From contig NC_043012.1 in assembly GCF_006345805.1 (NCBI RefSeq), positions 54,870,001 to 54,934,000 on the forward strand: a stretch of DNA of 64,000 nucleotides, given 5' to 3'. The notes under the pieces were generated by a model. The model searched no databases and was not told the origin of the DNA. It saw nothing but the letters and a program-made list of their open reading frames with translations. Shown piece after piece: positions 11,690 through 22,702 of this stretch. The stretch's first letter is position 1. Every line of letters begins with the position of its first letter. Source of the stretch: Octopus sinensis (Eukaryota). The position numbers and the translations under genes were made by a program.

Positions 11690-12107
11690 GGATCTTTTCG
11701 GTTTGAACGGCAGTTTTTAACATAATTTCTAGATAACTAAAAAAATTTTAAACTTCGTATACTGGTAGAATGTGTTTATAAAACATCTTTTCCTCTTGGC
11801 TTTATTGAGAAAATTCTATAGTTTGTAAGATATTTGTTGTTTTTTTTCTTCAATTTCTGCAATTTCAACCAATCAATGATGTCCATTTAGGTAATAAACA
11901 TTCTGTGCCGTATGAATATGTCCCTCGTTTAAGAAACAGATTGGGTTTATTTACATTTGTGAAGAAAAAAGATATCCTTCCCCCCACCCCTAACCCTAAC
12001 CGTAAAACAGATTGAAATGCAAAAGATCGATACTAGGGTCATGATTATGGGTGACAATTTCATATGACACCGCTAGAAAAAAACTGCCGTTAAAACTAAA
12101 AAGATCC
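11690..12107. mobile_element. 418-bp MITE with GG-starting TIRs and 8-bp TSD (Merlin- or hAT-like)
   Basis: TIR GGATCTTTTCGGTTTGAACGGCAGTTTTT versus AAAAAACTGCCGTTAAAACTAAAAAGATCC, with a perfect TSD GGATACAT at 11682-89 and 12108-15. Confidence 0.85.
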
Positions 12108-13349
12108 GGATACATACAAGACCAAAGATTACCAGGTAACTTTTGGTTTACGTTATCTCATCTTAAAAATCTATTTGCATTGTTTGGCCTTTTAAATATT
12201 TCAACATTTATTGAAGAGCTTTGGAGAGGTGGTATCACCTTGTTTGATGTTCTGGAAGTTTTATGAATGGTGAAAGCAGAGCTCTATCAATGGTACATCT
12301 CAAGTTTGCTTCCCCGAGTCTCTTTCTTTATTCTAGAAGCTGTGTTAGAATGAATATGTCATCTATCATGCTGCAGTTATTCCAAAAGCCTGCTTACTCC
12401 CTTGCCTGTTGGTTGACAACTTACTTGTAGTAGTAAAACAAGATGCATATGGCGTGATAATTTCTCAGATCTTCCCTGTCACCTTCTTTATAAAGTATGA
12501 TAGTACCCACCTCCTTCCACAGCAAGGGTATTTTTCCCTCTTTCAACAACCACTTATAATGTAGAATGAGAATTTTTTACGCCTGCTCTTCTCTATTCCT
12601 TAACATGTCCATTATTATACCATCTTTTCCTGGAGCCTTATCTCTTTCCATCAACTTTAAAGCATTCTCTATTTCACTGACCAAAATGGGTGACATTGAA
12701 GAACAATTGTTACAACTTAAAAAGATTGGCGTAAAATTTTTTTGCAACTTCCTTCCATCAACCTTTTGTCCATCACTGTGAGTTCATCTTTGATCTTGAA
12801 CTCTGTCACCTCTGATTTATGTAGTACCACCTCTCTTCTTTCTCTCTTTATTGTTTTCTTCTCTTCTGCAGCTTACAGCAACTTCTTCGGTCTATAATTT
12901 TCATCGTCTCTTTGCAGGTGTTTTATCTCCTTACAGAGAGTGGGTTACTCAAGAAAATTGTCCATATTCTTTTTCTTAGTCTTCAGTTTTTCTAGCATTT
13001 TCTTTGTTTCCTCTGAGATTCTTCTGTTCATATTCTGCAGACTTACAGTTCTAGATTTTCAGATTCTGGATTACTGAATCATAATCTTCATCAACTTTTT
13101 CAAGCTAACTCTAGGCTTTCTTTTCAATAGCATCTTGATGTGTTAGTTTTTCATTGAGCGGTTTAGTTTTTCTTCTTTTTTTCTCTCTAATCTCATTAAT
13201 GACCATTTTCACATGTAGCAGGTGATGGTTGCTGGTGCTACGACCAAGACAAAGTACAGTATGTAGTCAGTCTCATTCAGTGCTGTGCATTTTGAGGTTA
13301 TCCAGGTCCACCTATTTCCAAGTCTCTTCCTTGACAGTCTGTTTGCAAT

Positions 13350-14025
13350 CATCATCATCATCATCGCTTAACGTCAGCTTTCCATGCTAGCATGGGTTGG
13401 ACGATTTTGACTGAGGGCTGGCGAACCAGATGGCTGCACCAGGCTCCAATCTTGATCTGGCAGAGTTTCTACAGCTGGATGCCCTTCCTAATGCCAACCA
13501 CTCTGAGAGTGTAGTAGATGCTTTTTACATGCCACCGGCACGGAGGCCAGTCAGGCGGTACTGGCAATGACCTCGCTCGAATCTTTTTACACATGCCACC
13601 AGCACAGGTGCCAGTAAGGCGACGTTGGTAACGATCATGCTCGAATGGTGCCCTTTTACGTGCCACGGCACAGGGGCCAGTCAGACGGTACTGGCAATGA
13701 CCTCTCTTAAATCTTTTACACATGCAACCGGCACAGGTGCTGGTAAGGCGATGCTGGTAACAATCATGCTCGGATGGTGTCTTTTACGTGCCACAGGCAC
13801 GGAGGCCAGATAGCCGCTCTGCCAATGATCATGCTCAGATGGTGCCCTACTAGCACGGGGCTCGAGTGCCAGTAAGGCGACGCTGGTAACGATCATGCTT
13901 GAATGGTGCCTTTTGAGTGCCACTGGCACGGAAGCCGGTTAGCTGCTCTGTCAATGATCACACTCGTATGGTGCTCTTTGCACCCCGCTAGCACGGATGC
14001 CAGTCATTGAATTTGATTTTGATTC
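13350..14025 (-). mobile_element. Family R (RTE-type) 3' UTR with about 8 tandem 55-65-bp units
   Basis: (CAT)n, CCATGCTAGCATGG and GGATGCCCTTCCTAA core, then repeated GTGCC-N3-GGCAC / GCCAGT..ACTGGC units. Other copies are at 11030-11145, 14490-14680, 15450-15640, 19855-20195, 30425-30640, 32295-32600 and 60275-60425. Confidence 0.85.
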
Positions 14026-14699
14026 TGGTGGGAACAAATTTTAATGATCTTGAGTGTGGCGTTTATTCGGAAGTGAATGTTCAGCATTCAATGTTTGATG
14101 AAAACAAATTGTAGGATAGAATTTTTGACATCTCTCCTATGCTACCTATTGCTTTCACTGCTTATACCTTTCTCAGTAATACAACAATTCCTTCAGTCCA
14201 TCTTTTATTCAGTTCTTCCGTTGTACCTTTTCCACAGAATCTTAGCATGTCACACTTGATCTTCAGACATATCAATTTCCCTTGCCAATAACTTTTGGTT
14301 GTTGGCGTATATAGCAATTTTTACAATCCAACTCTTTGGTGCCTGCAGGTGTCTGAGATTCTCAGCAGGCTTTGAGTACTTGGATTTTACTTGGCTGCTA
14401 TAGAGCAATCCAATAGCTACCAAGAAGTCATTGCCACTGTTGCACCTCTACAAAGCACTGAATTTCACAGTAAATATATATCATCATCATCATTTAACAT
14501 CTTTTTTTCTGTGTTGGCATGGGTTGGATGATTTGACAAGAATAGACAAGCTAAAGGGCTATGCCAGATTTGAAATGTCTGCTTTGGCATGGCTTCTACA
14601 GCTGAATGCCCTTTCTAATGCAAACCATTTAAGAGTGTACTAGATGCCTTTTATGTAGCACTAACACCAGTGAAGTCACCAAAAATATATAAATACGAG

Positions 14700-15068
14700 C
14701 AAAGTGCCCCCCCCCCCCGTCCCAATAGACGGTGCTGAGTTGTCAAACATTTAAGCCAAATTTTCTCAAAACAACTTGTTCGACCGTCCCATAGGCCTCT
14801 CCTTTGAGAAACACTGATTTAACCTAAATTTGAGACACCAGCAAAAGAAGAAATAAAGATAGACTTTTTTTCTATTCCAAAGAAAAACGATTTCCCACGG
14901 CTTTCTCACCTGGAATCGATTTTTGTAATTTTTTCAAGACTTATACTCGCCCTGATACCATCGGTATCTACATATCAAATTTGAGTGCAATTGGATGGAG
15001 GATGCCTGAGATCCTAGAAGCCACACACACACACACAGACGAACAGAATGGATTTTATATAAGAGATA
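14700..15068 (+). mobile_element. Non-autonomous Helitron/DINE-like fragment
   Basis: 3' signature CAAATTTGAGTGCAATTGGATGG...(CA)n CAGAC...TTTTATATAAGAGAT resembles DINE/HINE-type ends. The family call is from memory. Confidence 0.4.
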
Positions 15069-15825
15069 GGGAATAGCCTTTATTTTTTTTATACATCTTT
15101 TGTTAAATACACAACTACGGTCAAGTGTTATTTTTATTTTATTTTCGTTTTTTTCCTATTTTCTTAGTTTTTTGCTGTTGATTTGAAACTGTAGAGTCCC
15201 TAAATCCATATCTGATATTTCTAGATCATCAGTTTCATCTTCAAGAATTGAATATATTCGGTGTTTGGGTTGTTTGTGTAGACTTTCTTGTCAAATGTAT
15301 ATGACCATTAAATGGTCAAAATTTTACCACAGCAAAAAAACCAACATGACAGCTGGTACATAATGCTAACAGTCAAAAATTTATGGCATGAAAATCTACA
15401 CAAATTCAATCAGTATATAATCAATAAAAATACCAAATGTTTTCAGTTCATTATCATTTAATGTCTACGTTCCATGCTTGCATGGGATGGATGGTTTGAC
15501 CAAATCCGATGTGTCCAAGAACCGCATCAAGCTCCAATGTCTGCTTCGGTATGATTTCTGTAGCTGGATGCCCTTCCTAATGCCAACCATTTTACAGCGT
15601 GGACTTTGTGCTTTCCTCATGCCACCTGCACTATTGAAGTCAACATGCAGTTTGCAAGACTACAAACCGTGGGGGTGTGCTGGGAGGTAGGGTTCAGCTT
15701 CATGTCACGGAACAAGGGAATTACAGGGGGACGGCAGAGCCAGTTTCTGTACTAAGAAGAAGGGAGAAAGGCCTACATGTCTACTCACACATAGTAGGGA
15801 AAATGTGGAGAGAGAAAGAAAAGAA

Positions 15826-16662
15826 AGTGGTAAGTAGCTTGCTTAGCAACCACATGGTTCCGGGTTCAGTCCCACTGTGTGGCACCTTGGGCAAGTGTCT
15901 TCTACTATAGCCTCAGGCCATCCAAAGCCTTGTGAGTGGATTTGGTAGATGGAAACTGAAAGAAGCCTGTTGTGTATATGTATATATATGTGTGTGTGTT
16001 TGTGTTTGTCTCCCCCAACGTCGCTTGACAACCGATGCTGATGTGTTTATGCTCCCATAACTTAGCAGTTCGGCAAAAAGAGACTGATAGAATAAGTCCT
16101 AGGGTCAATTTCCTCAACTAAAGGTGGTACTCCAGCAGGGCCGCAGTCAAATGACTGAAACAAGTAAAAGAGTAGGAACTGCAAGATATAGAACATGGTG
16201 ACAAGGTGCTGAAGATTATGAAAAAAATCAAAAAGATGAAATTTGAACATCATCGTGTTTTAAATGAGGAGTGGCTGTGTGGTAAGTAGCTTGCTAACCA
16301 ACCACATGGTTCCGGGTTCAGTCCCACTGCGTGGCATCTTAGGCAAGTGTCTTCTGCTATAGCCCCGGGCCGACCAATGCCTTGTGAGTGGATTTGGTAG
16401 ACGGAAACTGAAAGAAGCCTGTCGTATATATGTATATATATATGTATGTGTGTGTATGTGTTTGTGTGTCTGTGTTTGTACTCCTAGCATTGCTTGACAA
16501 CCGATGCTGGTGTGTTTACGTCCCCGTCACTTAGTGTTTCGGCAAAAGAGACCGATAGAATAAGTACTGGGCTTACAAAGAATAAGTCCCGGGTTCGGTT
16601 TGCTCGACTAAAGGCGGTGCTTCAGCATGGCCGCAGTCAAGTGACTGAAACAAGTAAAAGAG
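15826..16662 (+). mobile_element. Two tandem family A SINEs (15826-16172, 16266-16662)
   Basis: Both match the family A consensus; the second is full length. Confidence 0.9.
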
Positions 16663-17289
16663 TGTGTTTTTACACATGTGGAATGTAACTTAATGGCTCA
16701 ACAAATAGAGATTGATAAAATAAATACTGGACTTGAAAACAAGTACCAAGGTTGAAATAACCGACTGGATTCCAATGACTGAAACCAGCCAACGAATAAA
16801 AGGAGTAAATTATATTAAAGCAAATAGAATAAATGTGAAACAACAACAACAACAACAACAACAGCTAAAATTAAACTCCATTACTGAAGGGGAAAAAAGT
16901 AGCCAAAATTGTTTTGGCTATGAAAAGGGGATGATTTACAGTAACAAGATCTAATTACAAGATAATAATTGGATGTGTAGGGTAGTGACATCAAACATTA
17001 TTGCAAGTTGAACACTGAGCATAATTAAAACCAATCTAAGGAAATACTAACGAAACAAATAAATTAGCAAATGTCATGAGTTGTCTCCCGTTTGTGAAAT
17101 ATCGATTTTTTTTTGTTTTCAAATTATAGAAAAATGTAATAAAAAAATATTGATTTATGTGAATCTTAAAACAAAAACACAAGCAAAATGTGATTAAAAG
17201 GAAAAAATTAATTTTTCTATTTTTTCTTTCTTTTTTCTTTTTGGTTAATGAAAACCAAATTGTAGAACATTCAAAATTATCTTCGTTTA

Positions 17290-18185
17290 AAAACATCATC
17301 ACCACCACGAACATAATTACTATTACCCTTATCTCCATCATCATCATTATTCCTATCTCCATCATAATGATAATCATCACCATTTTCAGCAGCATCTCTG
17401 ACATCATCATCATCATCATCAAGAACATCATCATTATCAAGAGTGTCATCTCCATCATAACTGTTATCATCACCACTACCACCACCACCACCGCTAACAT
17501 CTTCCTTTGCACCATCATCATCACCATCACAGTCATCATCATTATCATCATGAGCTCCAGCATTCCCTTATAACCATCCTCATCATCATCATCATCTTTT
17601 TTCTTCCTCCTCCTCTTAAACATCATCTTCACTATCACATTCATTCCCATCTTAACCATCCCTGCAACCCTCCTAATCATCATTATTGTAATTGTCATCA
17701 CTATCATTGGCATTACTGCCTTTTGTCATCAGCATCACCGTCTTCCATATCATCACCATTACCAATACTCCAATCTCCACAGTGACAATGTCAACAATGA
17801 CCACCACACCACCACCACCACCACCATCATCACCATCTCTACCATCATCATCGCCACCACCATCACCATTGTCATCATCATCTCCAACATCATCATTAGT
17901 GCTATTGATAGTAGCAGCAAAAGCAGTAGCCACACATTGATCATTCAAATTTCCATGCTTGCATATATTAACGCAGCTGTTCCCAACATTTTCATCACCA
18001 AGGACCCCTTTTTATTGAAATGGATTTCCCCCCATGGACCCCAAGCTTCAGAAATGTCAATCTGCTCAATAATCCAATTTTGCTAGTTCACAACACAAAC
18101 TTGTTATCCTTGTTTCGTCACTCAGTTGAAATATACCAACATCACCATTATCATCATCATCATCATCATCATCTACATCATCATC
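17290..18185. repeat. Degenerate (CAT)n/(CAC)n trinucleotide low-complexity tract
   Basis: Visible ATC/ACC repeats. Overlapping ORFs on both strands are homopolymeric I/H/T/M/D artefacts. Confidence 0.9.
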
Positions 18186-18499
18186 GTTTAATGTCTACTT
18201 CACCATGCTTGCATGAGTTAAACGGGATTTGGTTGAGGCAGATTTTCTACAGCAGGATGCCTTTCCTGTTTCCAAGCCTGGCCAGACTTGTTTTTCTTGG
18301 AAGACTAGAAATGATCAACTTTGCTAGCATAGGAATAATGCATGTTTGCAAAGCATCATGGGATATCTTTATATCTTTCTTTCTTTCTCTCTCTCTCTCT
18401 CTCTCACTATGGTGGCTGCCCCCTTGTTATCGAGTATGGCCATTGCACGAAGCTTAATCAAATTTTGTTATCATGCAATGCCTGTGCAAGAAGATTTTT

Positions 18500-18945
18500 T
18501 TTAAAGTGAGGAAAGGCTGTGCACCTCTCACTAAGCAACAGCAGCCATAATCCGAAAAGAAGAACAAGTCAACATCATCGGTAACAACTAGGTTTTATGT
18601 CGGAGTTATCCCAGTTACCTGAGTTACCTTCTCCTAGAAGGATGCCCTAACAAAGGCTAGGAGTCTGTCACTCCCAATGGTTTAACCGCGCGATCGATAT
18701 TCAGTCCGATTATTTCTATGTACCTGCGCATGATACAGCCTTAAGACATTTATTGGATGGTCGTTGACTCTCAAGAGTTGCTCCGCCCTTTGACGGGTTT
18801 TGTTTTTCATCCCGCAGGGTGACCAATAAACACCCTCCTCACCAAGCAAGCTTGGTGGGGTTGCCGGTTTAGTCGCCGACAACCCAAACATGCAACAGGT
18901 TGTACTGGGTTACATGTTACCAGTAGCACTCGAAAGTGACCTGAC
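18500..18945 (-). mobile_element. RTE-like 5'-UTR fragment, GC-rich and highly structured
   Basis: The minus strand carries GGGCATCCTTCTAGGAGAAGGTAACTC (resembles RTE 5' UTR motifs, from memory) and four adjacent hairpins. Confidence 0.5.
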
Positions 18946-18960
18946 ATAACATACATATAT

Positions 18961-19009
<49 letters not shown>

Positions 19010-19044
19010 TACATACATAGTTAGGGTAAATCCCAGTTGTTTCC

Positions 19045-19262
19045 TCTTGAATTTTCTACTCTAAGCACAAGGCCCGAAACCTTTAGGGAGGAGGCCAGTT
19101 GATTAGATCGACCCCAGTATGCAACTGGTACTTAATTTATCAACCCCGAAAGGATGAAAAGCAAAGTCAACTTTGGTGGAATTTGAGCTCAGAACATAAA
19201 GCAAGACAAAATACGGCTAAGCATTTCACCCGGCATGCTAACATTTCTGCCAGCTTGCCGCC
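19045..19262 (-). mobile_element. tRNA-derived SINE family B (about 230 bp)
   Basis: Reverse complement of GGCGGCGAGCTGGCAGAA...TTCATCCTTTCGGGGTCGATAAA...GTACCAG. Confidence 0.85.
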
Positions 19263-19416
19263 TTTTGCTCATTCCATTATTCCAATCAATATGTGACCAC
19301 AGTTGCTGTTGTATGTTAGTCAAAATACCTATTAAAATCGAGAATTATGGAAATATCATTTGCAGCTATTAATGACCCGTACTTTGTTATGCAATCATGA
19401 TATACAATAAAGTATA

Positions 19417-19560
19417 TCAAATGCTGTGTTCTACTGTGTTAGCAGTGCTATTACATCGCTTGTTAGTATTATCTCTTCAGATTTTCTATAGATATTATAG
19501 CCAGCACTGATTTTGTTATAATGTAATAGCACTGCTAACACAAGAGAACACAGTATTGAT
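19417..19560. repeat. 40-bp inverted repeat pair
   Basis: TGTGTTAGCAGTGCTATTACAT (19435-56) versus ATGTAATAGCACTGCTAACACA (19521-42), extending imperfectly outward. Confidence 0.85.
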
Positions 19561-19758
19561 TTAGAAAAGTGTTTGATAGACTTTGTAGTATATTGTGGTT
19601 ATGTAACAAAATACAGTGTCCCTATAGGTCATTAGTATTTACGTACCAGTTTCCAGGGATTTGTTTAATATGTAAGATTTGTGTATCTAGTAATGTTACA
19701 ACACTATATTTAGTGCCTATTTAAGCAATGAGTTTGTAGATGGTTAATGGGTTGGATG

Positions 19759-19802
19759 GGTGCTGACGAAGGACCAAAAACACCTGAAATGTGGCATATA
19801 CT
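19759..19802 (+). ncRNA. Type-I hammerhead ribozyme motif, intact core
   Basis: GGTG-CTGACGA-AGG-ACCAAAAACA-CCT-GAA-ATG-TGG-CAT-A-TACT: AUA triplet, stem I of 4 bp with two G-U pairs. Confidence 0.7.
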
Positions 19803-20310
19803 ACCTGTTATTCATTTTTCATTTTTGTTGTTTAAATTAGGCATCCAAGCTTGAGCGTTGCCAGAGCGGCTATCTGGCCTCTGTGCCTGTGGCACGTAAA
19901 AGACACCATTTGAGCGTGATCGTTACCAGCATCGTCTTACTGGCACCTGTGCCGGTGACATGTGTAAAAGATTTGAGCGAGGTCGTTGCCAGTACCGCCT
20001 AACTGGCCCCGTGCCGGTGGCATGTAAAAAGCACTCACTACACTATCGGAGTGGTTGGCGTTAGGAAGGGCATCCAGCTGTAGAAACTCTGCCAGATCAA
20101 GATTGAAGCCTGGTGCAGCCATCTGGTTTGCCAGCCCTCAGTCATTCGTCCAACCCCTGCTAGCATGGAAAGCTGACATTAAATGATGATGATGATCTCA
20201 GATATGAAATATCATAACAAAATAGGTGGTAGCTATAATTTCTATTGGAAATCTATAGAGATAACCTTAAGTGATAATTTGCAGAATTATTGTATAAAAA
20301 ATATAGATAA

Positions 20311-20750
20311 CTCTTTTATTCTTTTATTTGTTTCAGTCATGTGACTGTGGCCATCCTGGAGCACCGCCTTTAGTTGAGCAAATCAAACACAGCACTTATT
20401 CTTTGTAAGCCTAGCACTTATTCTATCGGTCTCTTTTGCCGAACCGCTAAGTTACGGGGACGTAAACACACCAGCATCAGTTGCCAAGCAATGTTGGGGG
20501 GACAAACACAGACACACAAACGTATACACACACACACACACGCACACACACACACATACATATATATTTATATATATACATATATACGACGGGCTTCTTT
20601 TAGTTTCTGTCTACCAAATCCACTAACAAGGCTTTGGTCGGCCTGAGGCTATAGTGGAAGACACTTGCCCAAGGTGCCACACAGTGGGACTGAACCCGGA
20701 ACCATGTGGTTAGTAAGCAAGTTACTTACCACACAGCCACTCCTACGCCT
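20311..20750 (-). mobile_element. Family A SINE, full length
   Basis: Reverse complement of the consensus. Confidence 0.9.
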
Positions 20751-21984
20751 AGGTAAGTGGAAATTTTTTTTCCCATTACACGTGTTTCATTTGCTAATAG
20801 CAAATGAAATACATGTAATGGAGAATAAATAATACCAAAAGATTTCCACTTGCTTGTTTTGTTATATGTATATATCTATGCCAGGCTTCTTTCGGTTTCA
20901 GTTCCTCTTACAAGGCTTTGATTGGTCTGAAGCTATAGTAAAGGCTGAAATGGCATGAATTCTAAATCTGGGCTTTATGCTTTTGATTCTTCAAACAAGT
21001 GAGGAAAATTCAAAAATGTCTGTAAACACATCAAAATATGATTGATTTACAGTACATCAAGATTTGATTTGCGCCAAACTGAAAAAAAATAGAATTTTAC
21101 ATTTTCATTTGTTCATTACCAAATACAGAATCCTGTGCTATTTTCTTCTATACACATGCGAAAACAAGTGATCTATTCTTTTTTTAGTATTACATGTAAA
21201 CAAAAGTACATGAATTTAGAAGCAAAACAATCAACTAACAACTTAAAAGTAAATGATAGAGTAGAATCTTTAGTGTTACCTGAACTATAAAAGTACATTT
21301 AAAGGTTGTAATGATAATTATCTTGCTAATATTAAATGCAGATTTATAATTCTAGCCAACTGTGAAATAGACTGTGTAACTAAAGATATTTTAGATTCCA
21401 TAATTTTTAACATTAAACAGTTCACTTCTCTGCCATTATAGAATAATTGTCATTAAGTGGTTCAGTAAAAGAGAGAACAGATACCTTAGTAAATGTCTAC
21501 AGTATGCCATAGTAGAGTTCTATTCCTTTATAATGAAATTCTTTCCTGAAAAAGCTTGAATATTCAGTAGAGGTTTTATTCCAATTCATGGTTCTGTCAT
21601 TAATTTTTATAATACACACTGTAAAGTCTTTACTATTTTTATGGTAATTTAGGGGGTGGGGGCTAAATATAGTGACCAAGTTTGTTTGTTTGTAGTCCTG
21701 GAACAGTGCAATAATTGAAGTTTGTTGTGAACAAATAGATTTATATATTTCAGACTTAATTTGGAAAAGCTCCTACTTTGCAGAGTTCAGTCTTTACTAG
21801 GATGAAGAACTATTTATTTTATGAAGAATTGATTGAGGTGCTAGGAAAAGGAAATAGTCAATTTTTTTTAGATATAACTGTACATTTAGTAATAAGTAAA
21901 TACTACCCTTATCTGAAGTCTAATAACACTTTATTTCCAACAAAGAACTGCATGCATCTGCTCGCTACCTCTCACCTTATAGAT

Positions 21985-22240
21985 ATCCGTTACATGCACT
22001 GGTACAGACATGTCCTCCATCTCCCACCAGATTATTCTACCAGGGTCTTACTTTCATTCAATGCAGCAGCTGCGGGGCTGGAAGAGGCCTCATGGCCTGC
22101 TCCACACCAAATGGCTGAACGTGGTTGGGGAAGATCTCCAGAGGCTCAACATCACCTTGGAGGATGCAGAGGAGCTAGCATGGGGCTACCAGCAATGGAG
22201 AGCACTGATAGACCTGGTCAGCTCTACCACAAGATAACTC
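21985..22240 (+). mobile_element. RTE-type LINE RT C-terminal fragment (different family from R)
   Basis: MHWYRHVLHLPPDYSTRVLLSF, then after a frameshift GWKRPHG..TKWLNVVGEDLQRLNITLEDAEELA..WRALIDLV. Confidence 0.75.
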
Positions 22241-22334
22241 CAGGATCACTAATCAGGGATTACCTCAACCTCATTAAGCAAGAGCATGAAGCACGAGAAG
22301 CAAGCAACATTGCTTCCGTTGACTTTGTTGTTGT

Positions 22335-22702
22335 AGTTGCTGTTGCTGTTGAGCGTAGCAGTCTTTGTCCAGTGGGAGAAGTCCGAAACGTGGTCCTTTG
22401 CTATTCGTAAGACCTGCAGAAGAGAAAGCAGGTCAACCCCCGACACCGAGAGCATCGACGGATGGATTTATGCGCATCCAGGCTCAGCAGTTGCATAGGA
22501 AGTCGGGGACAAGAAACAGGAAGAAAGAGTGAGAGGAAGTTGGAGCAAAAGAGTACAACAGGGGTCGTCGCCACCCCCTGCCGGAGCCTCGTGGAGCTTT
22601 AGATGTTTTCGCTCCATAAACACACACAACGCCCGGTCTGGGAATCGAAACCTCGATCCTCTGACCGCGAGTCCACTGCCCTAACCATTGCACCTCCACT
22701 GT
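22335..22702 (-). mobile_element. tRNA-derived SINE family D
   Basis: Minus-strand head GGTGCAATGGTTAGGGCAGTGGACTCGCGGTCAGAGGATCGAGGTTTCGATTCC (A and B boxes) and a (CAA)n-like tail. Confidence 0.7.

Larger units (their letters stand above)
11408..12207. repeat. About 180-bp-arm palindrome (PLE-type) with a MITE inserted in the right arm
   Basis: The left arm 11408-11588 is the reverse complement of 11605-11689 plus 12116-12207, with a 16-nt spacer. Confidence 0.9.
10700..14470 (-). mobile_element. Decayed, nearly full-length RTE-clade LINE (APE endonuclease plus RT) with three nested insertions
   Basis: Minus-strand motifs include RWTWI...NETDYIL...SNH (APE C-terminus, 13200-13340), KAPGKDGI...LWKEVGTIILYKEGDREDLRNY (12450-12700), HLQFTDDIMPVTETADELQAGLIELYSQSSEVGFKMNHMKTKYM (11160-11290) and RVRAG*KVF..IKEVLKGQLDKTL (10820-10900). 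Confidence 0.85.

Noticed and set aside
11988-12001. Telomere-like CCCTAACCCTAACC (also near 55818)
   Set aside because: There are only two units and they lie inside a MITE, so this is not an interstitial telomere.
13520-14005. Regularly spaced repeats resembling a CRISPR array
   Set aside because: The units are tandem and similar over their whole length, have no unique spacers and no cas genes, and belong to a LINE 3' UTR.
15205-15235. Minus-strand CTGATGA-TCTA-GAAATATC
   Set aside because: Stem II is too short, stem I does not pair, and the motif prefers its own CTGAT/ATCAG hairpin.
16266-16340. tRNA-like sequence at SINE heads
   Set aside because: A and B boxes are present, but there is no complete cloverleaf and the sequence runs on into the SINE body. 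These are not tRNA genes.
17036-17948. Met-, His-, Ile- and Thr-rich ORFs on both strands
   Set aside because: These are (CAT)n/(CAC)n low-complexity artefacts with no ordered domain.
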